A stretch of 64,000 nt of DNA from Acidimicrobiales bacterium (GTDB lineage: Bacteria > Actinomycetota > Acidimicrobiia > Acidimicrobiales > Bog-793): positions 22,813-86,812 of the forward strand of contig JBKQHU010000132.1 in NCBI GenBank assembly GCA_052148655.1, written 5' to 3'. The translations under genes and the position numbers were made by a program. Shown one piece after another: positions 18,403-26,969 of this stretch. A model generated the notes under the pieces. It was given only the letters and a program-made list of their open reading frames with translations. It did not search any database and was not told the origin of the DNA. Numbering within the stretch: position 1 is the stretch's first letter; each line of letters starts with the position of its first letter.

Positions 18403-19277
18403 CAGTCGTACGGGAACATGACTTCCACCGTACCGAGACCCTCGATCGTCAGTACGTCCCCGCTCTCAACGCCGCCCTCGACACCTTCGCCCGCCACGGC
18501 ACGGTCGAACTGTCCACGTCGCTTCGCCGCACCACCCAGCTCGGCGTCTCCTCGCTGCGCGAGATGTCGTGGCGTGAGGTCACCGCCATCCTCGGCGAAC
18601 GGCCTTACCTGGCGACGTTCAACCTCGAGCCGCTGAGCGGGACCGCGATCCTCATGCTGTCCCACGAGACGGTGGTGAGGGTGCTCGATTTCCGTCTCGG
18701 CGGTGGCACCCAACCCGCCTTCGGCGGTCACACCGACCTGACAGACACCGATTTCGCCGTGCTCGGCGGCGTCCTCACCCCGCTTCTATCGGAGCTGGCC
18801 GAGAGCCTCTCGCGCGTCAAGGAGGTGGCGGCAGTCCTGGTGTCACAAGAGTCGAGCATCCAGTTCGTCCAGCTCGCCGGCCCCGACGAGATGTTCCTCG
18901 TCTCGAGCATGCAGCTGTCCATGGGCGACGACGGACCTGCCGAGATGATCCTCGCAGTTCCCTTTGCTCTCGTACGCCAGATCACCGAGGCGATGCGCTC
19001 GGGAGCGCGGGCCCGTGACGACGCCACGCTGTTGGTCGAGGAGTCCGTCGTCACCCAGGCCGCTCTCGACGTCTGGCTCGAATTCCCGTCGGTGCGCCTA
19101 TCGTCGACCGAGGTCTCCGAGCTCGGCGTCGGCGACGTCATCCGCTTCTTCCATCCGCTGAGCCAGCCGCTCGACATGCGCGCCGCGGGCGTTCTCGTCG
19201 CCCGGGCCCACCAGGGCTCGGTCGGTTCCAAGGTTGTCGCTTCTGTCCTCGAGGAGGTATCCGACGATGGTGAATGA
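18399..19277 (+). CDS. fliM: flagellar motor switch protein FliM
   Basis: ATGA overlap with motB. FliM-like middle domain and a C-terminal SpoA-like block ELGVGDVIRF.... The upstream part of track ORF 17490.. is spurious. Confidence 0.85.
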   Translation: MTVVREHDFHRTETLDRQYVPALNAALDTFARHGTVELSTSLRRTTQLGVSSLREMSWREVTAILGERPYLATFNLEPLSGTAILMLSHETVVRVLDFRLGGGTQPAFGGHTDLTDTDFAVLGGVLTPLLSELAESLSRVKEVAAVLVSQESSIQFVQLAGPDEMFLVSSMQLSMGDDGPAEMILAVPFALVRQITEAMRSGARARDDATLLVEESVVTQAALDVWLEFPSVRLSSTEVSELGVGDVIRFFHPLSQPLDMRAAGVLVARAHQGSVGSKVVASVLEEVSDDGE

Positions 19278-19581
19278 AGCAGTCGCCCCGGTCCAAGAGG
19301 GCGGTGTGGTGGCGAGCTACGGCGACGTCTGGTCGAGAAAGCCGGCACGTCTGCGCGACGTCCCCCTCGAGATAAGCGCCCGCATCGGCAGCACGCGCCT
19401 GCCCATCCGAGCCGTGCTGGAGCTCGGCGTCGGTCAGGTGATCGAGCTCGACCGCCAGGTCGGTTCGCCGATCGACATCATCGCCAACAACGACGTGGTC
19501 ATCGCACGGGGCGAGGTCGTCGAGGTCGACGACGAGTACGGCGTGCGCATAACCGAGGTCGTCCATGGAGCGCTCGACTAG
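19267..19581 (+). CDS. fliN: flagellar motor switch protein FliN
   Basis: SpoA/FliN block DVPLEISARIGSTRLPIRAVLELGVGQVIELDRQVGSPIDIIANNDVVIARGEVVEVDDEYGVRITEV. The start is ATG 19267 (alternative 19234). Confidence 0.9.
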   Translation: MVNEAVAPVQEGGVVASYGDVWSRKPARLRDVPLEISARIGSTRLPIRAVLELGVGQVIELDRQVGSPIDIIANNDVVIARGEVVEVDDEYGVRITEVVHGALD

Positions 19582-19977
19582 ATGGGCAGCTTCATCCTGC
19601 TCTTCGGCCGCACACTCGTAGCACTCGCCGTAGTGCTCTTCTGCGTCTGGGGGCTGTCGCGCCTGGCGCGGCGCAGCCAGAACGGAACCCTGGCCAAGCG
19701 CGTCGGTGCTCCTCAGGGCGCCCGCCTCGAGGTGCTGGGGCGCAAGTCCCTCTCCCGCACGGCCTCGGTTTCCATAGTCCGCGTCGGCGAGCGCAACCTC
19801 GTCGTCGGGGTCACACCACAATCCGTCACCCTCATCAGCGAGATCCCGGCGAGCGAGCTCGAGCCGCTCGCCACCGAACTGCAAGCCGACACGCCATGGA
19901 AGGCGGAGTCGATGAAGACGCCTATGGCATGGGATGCCACCATCTCCAAGCTGCGGGAGTTGACTGTCCGGCGCTAA
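19582..19977 (+). CDS. fliO: flagellar biosynthesis protein FliO-like
   Basis: One N-terminal TM segment, then LEVLGRKSLSRTASVSIVRVGERNLVVGVTPQSVTLISEI. The position before fliP also fits. Confidence 0.6.
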   Translation: MGSFILLFGRTLVALAVVLFCVWGLSRLARRSQNGTLAKRVGAPQGARLEVLGRKSLSRTASVSIVRVGERNLVVGVTPQSVTLISEIPASELEPLATELQADTPWKAESMKTPMAWDATISKLRELTVRR

Positions 19978-20052
19978 GCCGAACCGCAGCGTGTCCTTGC
20001 CGGAGCGCTAATTGACTACCACCCGCTTTCCCCTAACCATGCGGGCCGACAA

Positions 20053-20739
20053 ATGACCGGCCCGCTCGTTGCCAGCGCGGCTCCCTCGGTCAACATCAGC
20101 CTCGGCGGTCTGCACAGCCCGTCGACATCGGTCGTGATCATCGCCGCGCTCACGATTTTGTCGATCGCGCCGTCAGTGTTGATCCTCTTCACGGGCTTCA
20201 CGCGCATCTTCATCGTCCTCGGGCTGACCCGCAGCGGTCTCGGGCTGCAGAACACGCCCCCCAACCAGGTCCTGGCGGGCATCGCCCTGTTCATCGCCCT
20301 GTTCGTGATGGCGCCCGTGCTCAGCCAGGTCGATCACCAAGCTCTGCAGCCCTACCTCGAGGGCAAGGTGAACGCGGCCCAGGCCATCAAGGTGGGCGAG
20401 GTGCCGGTGAAGGACTGGATGCTCAAGCAAACAGGCAATTCCGAGCTCCAGATGTTCGCCACCGACCAGCATGACTCCTTCACGAACCCCGACACGCTTC
20501 CGATGACGGTCGTCGTGCCCTCGTTCGTGCTCTCCGAGGTGCAGAGCGCCTTCACGATCGGGTTCGTGATCTTCATCCCGTTCCTCGTCATCGACCTGGT
20601 CGTCTCGTCGGTCCTCATGTCGATGGGCATGTTCATGCTCCCCCCGACACTTGTCTCGTTGCCCTTCAAGATCCTGCTCTTCGTGCTCGTCGATGGCTGG
20701 ACCCTCGTGGTCCACTCGCTGATCACGAGCTTCCACTGA
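20053..20739 (+). CDS. fliP: flagellar export gate protein FliP
   Basis: FTRIFIVLGLTRSGLGLQNTPPNQVLAGIALFIALFVMAPV and C-terminal FKILLFVLVDGW. There is no in-frame start upstream (a TAA lies at 19975). Confidence 0.95.
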   Translation: MTGPLVASAAPSVNISLGGLHSPSTSVVIIAALTILSIAPSVLILFTGFTRIFIVLGLTRSGLGLQNTPPNQVLAGIALFIALFVMAPVLSQVDHQALQPYLEGKVNAAQAIKVGEVPVKDWMLKQTGNSELQMFATDQHDSFTNPDTLPMTVVVPSFVLSEVQSAFTIGFVIFIPFLVIDLVVSSVLMSMGMFMLPPTLVSLPFKILLFVLVDGWTLVVHSLITSFH

Positions 20740-20746
20740 GGCCACC

Positions 20747-21016
20747 ATGGACACCAACACAGTCGTCACCCTCATGGGCCAGGCCATCATCATGGTCGCC
20801 AAACTCGCCGGGCCAATCCTCGTCGCGACTCTCGTCGTCGGCCTTTCCGTGTCGCTCTTCCAGGCCGTGACGACCGTGCAGGAGTTCACGCTCACGTTCC
20901 TGCCCAAGCTCGTCGTGGTGGCGGCGATCCTCGCGCTCACGGGCCACTGGATGATCACCCAGCTCGTGGACTACGTCCAGCAGCTCTACGGGACGATTCC
21001 CCAGCTGCTCAGCTAG
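20747..21016 (+). CDS. fliQ: flagellar export gate protein FliQ
   Basis: 89-aa protein with two TM segments between fliP and fliR. FliQ-like block ...GPILVATLVVGLSVSLFQAVTTVQEFTLTFLPK. Confidence 0.9.
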   Translation: MDTNTVVTLMGQAIIMVAKLAGPILVATLVVGLSVSLFQAVTTVQEFTLTFLPKLVVVAAILALTGHWMITQLVDYVQQLYGTIPQLLS

Positions 21017-21018
21017 CG

Positions 21019-21777
21019 ATGATCCACCTGCAGCTGGCGGCAGGAGTGGCCTTCTTCCTGGCCCTCGTGCGAGGAACGGCGTTCTTGTACCTCTGCCCGC
21101 CGTTCGCGAACCGTATGATCCCGTTCCTCGCCAAGACCGGGATCGCCGCGGGCCTCGCCATGGCGGCCGTGCCGAGCGTGTCGCACGACGCGCTGCCGCT
21201 GTCGGTCCCGGCGATGATCGCGGCCCTCGTCGTCCAGATCGTCGTCGGCGCACTGATCGGCTTTGTCGTGCAGCTGTTCGTGGGCGCCGTGCAGGGGGCG
21301 GGGGCGATCGTGGACCAGTTCTCCGGGCTCAACCTCCCGCCTGCCGTCGATCCTTTGAACCTCGACCAGTCGCCGCTTTTGGCCCAGATGTACGAGTGGA
21401 TGGCGACGGTGCTGATCTTCGTGTCGGGCGCCTTTTTGATCCTCGCCCAGGGCTTCGTGCGGAGCTTCGCGGTCATCGGCATGACAGTGCCCGAGCACGA
21501 CATCCAACAGCTCCCCACCTTCTTGAGCACCGATCTCGTCAGCTTCTTCGCAGCCGCGGCGGAGATCGCGGCGCCACTTGTGGCCGTGGTGTTCGTGGCT
21601 CAGATCCTGCTCGGGCTCCTCGCCAAGTCCGCTCCCCAGGCCAACATCTTCATGCTCGGATTCCCCCTGCAGATCCTGCTCGTCTTGGGCGGACTGGGCC
21701 TCGCCATGGTCGCCTTGCCGGCCGATGTGACGAACCTCGTCTCACGGGGCGTGAGCCAGTTGTTCGGGGGCGGGTGA
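21019..21777 (+). CDS. fliR: flagellar export gate protein FliR
   Basis: 252-aa polytopic membrane protein in the position after fliQ. FliR-like block GFPLQILLVLGGL. Confidence 0.9.
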   Translation: MIHLQLAAGVAFFLALVRGTAFLYLCPPFANRMIPFLAKTGIAAGLAMAAVPSVSHDALPLSVPAMIAALVVQIVVGALIGFVVQLFVGAVQGAGAIVDQFSGLNLPPAVDPLNLDQSPLLAQMYEWMATVLIFVSGAFLILAQGFVRSFAVIGMTVPEHDIQQLPTFLSTDLVSFFAAAAEIAAPLVAVVFVAQILLGLLAKSAPQANIFMLGFPLQILLVLGGLGLAMVALPADVTNLVSRGVSQLFGGG

Positions 21778-22868
21778 TGGCGGCCGAGGACAAGAGCCAG
21801 AAGACCGAGAAGCCAACCCTCAAGCACAAGCGCGAGGCGAAGAAGGAAGGCCGCGTCGCTCGCTCGGCCGAGATCGGGTCCTGGTTCTCGCTCGGCGTCG
21901 TCGTGATGGCACTGCCCTCCCTCGGTGCCCACGCCGTGTCGGAGGTGTCGGGCTTCATGAGCCTGGCGTCGAGCGCCATGCCCGCCAACGATCCTGCCCA
22001 GTCGGTGTCGCTGTTGGGGCGTGGCCTGTGGACCGTCGTGGCGGCTGTCGGCCCCATAGTCCTCGCGGCGGCCGCGGCGGCGGCCGTGGCCGGCTACGGC
22101 CAGGTTGGCCTGCACTTCGCTCCGGGCGCACTGGGGTTCAAATGGACCAAGATCTCCCCCGTCACCGGGATCAAACGGATCTTCTCTTCGAGAGGGGCAT
22201 GGGAGATCTCGAAGATGATGCTGCGCCTGGGAATCCTCATCTCCATCGGCTACGGGGTCGACCGCCGCCTCATCCAGAGCCTGCTCGGGCCGGGGACCTT
22301 GCCCATCCAGTCGACGGTCTCCACAGCCGCGGGCGGCCTGCTCGGACTCGTCCGCGACATCGTGGGCGCCGCCTTGGTGTTGGCGTTCGCCGACTACGCC
22401 TTCCAGCGTCGCCGGTTCAACGATTCCATGAAGATGACACGCGAACAGGTCCGCCGCGAGATGCGCGAGTCGGAAGGCAGCCCGGAGGTCCGCCGGGCCC
22501 TGCGGCGCCGGCGCCGGCGCCTTTCCAGGATGCAGATTCTCGCCGGGCTCGCCCGGGCCGATGTCGTGGTGGTGAACCCCACTCACTTCTCGGTCGCCCT
22601 GTGCTACGACCGCCGCAAGGACAGGGCGCCCCGGGTCGTCACCAAGGGCGACGACGACGACGCCCTCGCCATCCGGACCGTGGCGCTCGAGAGGGGCGTG
22701 CCGATCGTCGAGAACCCACCGGTGGCGCGTGCCCTCTTCGAGGCCTGCGAGATCGGCGACGAGGTGCCCGCGCAGCTCTACGGGGTCGTGGCACGCCTGC
22801 TCGCCTTCCTCTACCGGCTGACGCCGGCACAGCGTGCCCTCGTCGACGTCCACAAGATGGCCGCCTGA
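21777..22868 (+). CDS. flhB: flagellar export switch protein FlhB
   Basis: ATG shares one base with the fliR stop (TGATG). N-terminal DKSQKTEKPTLKHKREAKKEGRVARS. Autocleavage-region motif VVVVNPTHFSVAL (NPTH). Confidence 0.93.
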   Translation: MAAEDKSQKTEKPTLKHKREAKKEGRVARSAEIGSWFSLGVVVMALPSLGAHAVSEVSGFMSLASSAMPANDPAQSVSLLGRGLWTVVAAVGPIVLAAAAAAAVAGYGQVGLHFAPGALGFKWTKISPVTGIKRIFSSRGAWEISKMMLRLGILISIGYGVDRRLIQSLLGPGTLPIQSTVSTAAGGLLGLVRDIVGAALVLAFADYAFQRRRFNDSMKMTREQVRREMRESEGSPEVRRALRRRRRRLSRMQILAGLARADVVVVNPTHFSVALCYDRRKDRAPRVVTKGDDDDALAIRTVALERGVPIVENPPVARALFEACEIGDEVPAQLYGVVARLLAFLYRLTPAQRALVDVHKMAA

Positions 22869-22963
22869 AGGCAAACTGATGCGCCACCGTGCCGTTAGGA
22901 ACACGAAGCCAGGATGGCCACCGTTCGGTCAAGGATCGACCCGGACAGACGGTGACACCGTCG

Positions 22964-25060
22964 GTGAGAGGCAATCCGTTGGCTGACACGACTGCGACAA
23001 GGCTGATACCCGGTTCCACCTACGGGATGCTCGCCCTGCCCCTTGCGGTGGTGGCCGTCGTCGTCATGCTCGTTATCCCGTTGCCGAGCTTCGTGCTCGA
23101 CATTCTCATCACGATGAACATCTGCGCCTCGATGCTGGTGCTGCTCACGGCGATGCACGTCAAGCGACCGCTCGAGTTCTCGGTCTTCCCGACCCTGCTC
23201 CTCGTCATGACCGTGTTCCGCCTGGCGTTGAACGTGAGCGCCACGAGGCTCGTCCTTCTCCACGCCTACGCCGGCATGGTCATCGAGAGCTTCGGCCACT
23301 TCGTGATCGGGGGATCGGTCCTCGTCGGCCTCGTCGTTTTCCTGATCCTCATCGTGATCCAGTTCGTCGTCATCACAAACGGTGCCGGGCGGGTGGCGGA
23401 GGTCGCGGCCCGTTTCACCCTCGACGCGCTGCCCGGAAAGCAGATGGCCGTCGACGGCGAGCTGTCCAGCCAGCTCATCACCCCCGACCAGGCACGGGCG
23501 CGACGGCGCGAGATCGCCGACGAGGCCGACTTCTACGGGGCGATGGACGGGGCATCGAAGTTCGTCCGTGGTGACGCCATCGCCGCCATCGTCATCACGG
23601 CGGTGAACCTGCTCGGCGGCCTCGCCGTCGGCATCATCCAGCACCACGACTCGTTCGCGACCGCCGGCGACACCTACAGCCTGCTCTCGGTCGGCGACGG
23701 TCTCGTCAGCCAGATACCGGCCCTTTTGATGTCGCTGTCAACCGGCATCATCGTCACCCGCGCCGCTTCGGAGGACGACCTCGGCGTCAACGTGCTCCTT
23801 CAGCTCTCCCGCTACCGCAGGGTTGTCCGTACCGTCGCCATTATCATCTTCGGTCTCGGCCTCTTGCCGGGCCTGCCCAAGCTCCCCTTCCTCATCGTCG
23901 GCGTGGTGCTGTTCCTGCTCGGCAGCCGCCTGCCCGCCGACCAGCCCGACACCGCGGCTGAGGACGAGTCGCAAGTCACCGTGCCGGCGCCGCCGGCACC
24001 CGACGCCCCGGCGCAACTAGCCAAGGAGACCGGCGTCATGCCGCTCGAGCTCGAGCTCGGCATGGACATCATCGATCTCGTCGACCCCAAGCGTCACGGC
24101 GACCTCCTCGAGCGCGTGAAGGCCCTCCGGCGCACGATCGCCCAGGAGCTCGGGATCGTCATCCCGCCTGTCCACGCCCGCGACAACGAACGCCTCCAGC
24201 CCACGCACTACGCCTTCAGGGTGCACGGTGTCCAGGTGGCCGAGGGCGAGGCGCCCCAGCGGCTCCTGTTGGCGGTCGGCAAGGGCCTCGAGCGCATCGA
24301 GGGCGAGCCCACCCGGGACCCCGCTTACGGCGGGGCCGCCAAGTGGATCCCCAACGAGATGCGCTACAGGGCGACGGTGGCCGGGGCGACGGTGGTGGAG
24401 CGCTCCGCCGTGGTCACGACGCACCTTTCCGAGGTCGTCCGGCGCCATGCCGCAGAGCTCCTGTCGCGTCAGGACGTCCGGCTGCTCCTCGACACCGTGA
24501 AGGCCGAGAACCCTGTGGTCCTCGAGGAGATGACCGCGGCCGGCCTCACGCTCGGCTCCGTGCAGGGCGTGCTGCGCGGCCTGCTCGACGAGGGCGTGCC
24601 CGTCAAGGACCTCGTCCGCATCATCGAGGCCATCACCGACCAGGCCGCGACGGCCTCGAAGGACCCCGACAGCCTCCTCGAAGCCGCTCGCATAGCTTTG
24701 GCGCCTCAGATCGCGGCGATGTTCGCCAAGGGCGGCACAGCCGACGTGATCACCCTCGAGCCGGCGCTCGAGCAGTCGCTCGCGTCGGCGCTCCAGCTCT
24801 CCGAACGGGGTCGCCAGCTCGGCAACTCGAGCGAGGAGCTCGAGCACCTCGTCTCGTCGCTGGCGAGCGTGGTGACAGAGGCCGAGGCCGCCGGCAAGCA
24901 GCCCGTCCTCGTCTGCTCGTCCAAGGTGCGCCCGGCGATACGGCGGCTCATCAAGGCCCGCCTGCCTCACACCGCCGTCGTGGCCGCCCCTGAGATCTCC
25001 TCCAACGCCCGCATCAGCACGATAGGAGTGGTCCGCCGTGTCCAGGCCGTTGCGATTTGA
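22964..25060 (+). CDS. flhA: flagellar export gate protein FlhA
   Basis: FHIPEP-type blocks are present: PLPSFVLDILITMNI, GAGRVAEVAARFTLDALPGKQMAVD and FYGAMDGASKFVRGDAIA. The start is uncertain: GTG 22964 is chosen for N-terminal length; alternatives are GTG 22889 and ATG 23024. Confidence 0.93.
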   Translation: MRGNPLADTTATRLIPGSTYGMLALPLAVVAVVVMLVIPLPSFVLDILITMNICASMLVLLTAMHVKRPLEFSVFPTLLLVMTVFRLALNVSATRLVLLHAYAGMVIESFGHFVIGGSVLVGLVVFLILIVIQFVVITNGAGRVAEVAARFTLDALPGKQMAVDGELSSQLITPDQARARRREIADEADFYGAMDGASKFVRGDAIAAIVITAVNLLGGLAVGIIQHHDSFATAGDTYSLLSVGDGLVSQIPALLMSLSTGIIVTRAASEDDLGVNVLLQLSRYRRVVRTVAIIIFGLGLLPGLPKLPFLIVGVVLFLLGSRLPADQPDTAAEDESQVTVPAPPAPDAPAQLAKETGVMPLELELGMDIIDLVDPKRHGDLLERVKALRRTIAQELGIVIPPVHARDNERLQPTHYAFRVHGVQVAEGEAPQRLLLAVGKGLERIEGEPTRDPAYGGAAKWIPNEMRYRATVAGATVVERSAVVTTHLSEVVRRHAAELLSRQDVRLLLDTVKAENPVVLEEMTAAGLTLGSVQGVLRGLLDEGVPVKDLVRIIEAITDQAATASKDPDSLLEAARIALAPQIAAMFAKGGTADVITLEPALEQSLASALQLSERGRQLGNSSEELEHLVSSLASVVTEAEAAGKQPVLVCSSKVRPAIRRLIKARLPHTAVVAAPEISSNARISTIGVVRRVQAVAI

Positions 25061-26153
25061 GGGAAAGACGATGGAGGCGGCCCGCCTACGGGCGCTCGAG
25101 CACCTCGGGACCGACGTGAGCGAGCTCACGGTGCTGCGCCATGGCAGGGAGCTCTCCGGCGGGCTGTTCGGGTTTTTCCAACGGGAACGCTTCGTCATCG
25201 AGGTCGAGGACCCCGCCTCGGCCCCGGCCCGGGCGCCACTGCCCCAGCCGGCCCCGCGCCAGACCGCGGCACCGCAGGACATCCCGGTGCCCGATCGCCT
25301 GGCGGCACTCCTGGAGGCTACGACCGACACCGTCGGCGTGTCGTTCGACCGCGAGCTCAAGGGCGTCATAGAGGACGCGGAGGCGGTCGTGTCCGACGCC
25401 GCGGAGACCTCGGGCCTTATTTCCGCGTCGGTCCTGCCCGTGACCGAGCCCTACGCGATCCAGTCCGACACGGCCCAACAGCCCCGCCCCATCACGCTCG
25501 GCTTGAGCGAGACGTCGAGCGTCTCGCTCCGGGAACGCCTCGCCGCGGCCGGGCTCGCCGAGGAGTACCTGCCCGACCCGTTCTTCTCCCAGCCCGCGCT
25601 GGCGCTACCTCTGCGGCTCGGCACCCTTCCGTCTCCCTGTCCGGTCCCCTCCCAGCCCGGGGAGGTCCTGGTCGTGATCGGTGACGTGGACGAGTCGGTC
25701 AAGGTGGCAGAGCAAGTCGCCCGGCGTATCGACGAGCCCGAGGCGGTGATCGTCGTCTCCCACAGGCGCCTTTGCCCCTCTCCCGCTCACCTGAGGGCCC
25801 ACAGCCCTCTCGAAGCCGGGACGATGGTGCTCAAACGCCGCCTGGCAGGCCTCGTGAGCATCATCGTGCTCGATTCGTTCTGCCGGGACGGCTTCGTGCC
25901 GAGCACCGTCGCAGGCCTCAAGCCGGACGCCACCTGGGCGGTGGTCCCCGCCTCGTGGGACGAGAAGCGGACCCGCAGCCTCGAGGCCCTGGTCGGTCGT
26001 ATCGATGCCGTCGCCATCCACGGGTTCCTCTCGAGCGACCGGCCGGCCGGCCTGATCGGTCGCAGCTGGCCCGTGGCCTACCTCGACGGATGGGAAGCCA
26101 ATCCGCTCTCGATCGCGGCGCGGCTCGTCGAGGCAGTCAAGGTGGAACTGTGA
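25038..26153 (+). CDS. FlhF-like protein with degenerate SRP-type GTPase motifs
   Basis: It occupies the flhF position directly after flhA. The N-terminus is FlhF-like (RFEGKTMEAARLRALEHLGTDVSELTVL). The C-terminal blocks align by eye to the G domain, but G1, G3 and G4 are replaced (see finding). Confidence 0.6.
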   Translation: MSRPLRFEGKTMEAARLRALEHLGTDVSELTVLRHGRELSGGLFGFFQRERFVIEVEDPASAPARAPLPQPAPRQTAAPQDIPVPDRLAALLEATTDTVGVSFDRELKGVIEDAEAVVSDAAETSGLISASVLPVTEPYAIQSDTAQQPRPITLGLSETSSVSLRERLAAAGLAEEYLPDPFFSQPALALPLRLGTLPSPCPVPSQPGEVLVVIGDVDESVKVAEQVARRIDEPEAVIVVSHRRLCPSPAHLRAHSPLEAGTMVLKRRLAGLVSIIVLDSFCRDGFVPSTVAGLKPDATWAVVPASWDEKRTRSLEALVGRIDAVAIHGFLSSDRPAGLIGRSWPVAYLDGWEANPLSIAARLVEAVKVEL

Positions 26154-26440
26154 TGCGCGAGAGGCTCGGTGTCTTCGCCGCCGACGTCAACCGTTTCGGG
26201 CCTCTCGCCATCGTGTGCCTCGCGACGGTCGTGTGCCTGCCGAGCCTGCTCGAGTTCTTCTCCGGCCAGCTCGCGGTCGCCTCGATGCTCGGGCGCTACT
26301 GCGCAGCTTTCCTGCTCGCCACCCTCGGAGTGAAGGCGGTCTCCTCGGTCGTGCTCAAGTACGCGATCAAGAACGCCACAGATGAAGAGATGGCAGCACC
26401 ACGCAGATCCCCAGACGGAGCAACTGACCGACGCAGTTAA
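26153..26440 (+). CDS. small hypothetical membrane protein (95 aa, about 2 TM segments)
   Basis: ATG shares one base with the preceding stop (TGATG). Two hydrophobic stretches: GPLAIVCLATVVCLPSLL and YCAAFLLATLGVKAVSSVVL. Confidence 0.5.
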   Translation: MRERLGVFAADVNRFGPLAIVCLATVVCLPSLLEFFSGQLAVASMLGRYCAAFLLATLGVKAVSSVVLKYAIKNATDEEMAAPRRSPDGATDRRS

Positions 26441-26459
26441 TCGTTAAGGAGGTACAGAA

Positions 26460-26969
26460 GTGAGCGAGCAGTATGCGTTCATCGAGGACGCAGAGCAGGA
26501 CGCAATCGACAACCTCGTGGCGACCACGCGCCAGCTTGTGGAGGCGGTGCTGGTCGTCGAGCTCCGCCTGGCAGCGGTTGCCGCTCTCACAGAGAAGTTC
26601 GGCACCCGCTACGCCGAACGGGCGACGATCGAGCTGCAAGGAGCGAGCGACAGGCTCAAGGTCATCGAGGAGAGGCGCCGGGCGGCACTTACGGTCGCGA
26701 CGTCGCTTCTCGGCAACCCTTCCGTGGCGACCATCGACGAGCTGGTCGACGTGAGCCCCGGGCCTATCCGCCAGCTGCTGGCCGACTCACGGGCAGACCT
26801 GATCGCGGCCCGGGACCGGATCGACGTGCTCCGCAACAAGGCCGAGGACATCCTCGGGCGCCGCATCGCCCTTGTCGTGGAGGCGCTCACATCTCCCGGG
26901 GGCGCACTCGAGGCAACCTACGGTCGTGAGCACAGGCCGCGCTCGCGGGTTGTGAGCGGAGTGTTATGA
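26460..26969 (+). CDS. flgN: FlgN-like flagellar export chaperone (positional call)
   Basis: GTG has a strong AAGGAGG 7 nt upstream. The 169-aa product looks helical. It sits immediately upstream of flgK-flgL and overlaps flgK (ATGA). Confidence 0.5.
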   Translation: MSEQYAFIEDAEQDAIDNLVATTRQLVEAVLVVELRLAAVAALTEKFGTRYAERATIELQGASDRLKVIEERRRAALTVATSLLGNPSVATIDELVDVSPGPIRQLLADSRADLIAARDRIDVLRNKAEDILGRRIALVVEALTSPGGALEATYGREHRPRSRVVSGVL

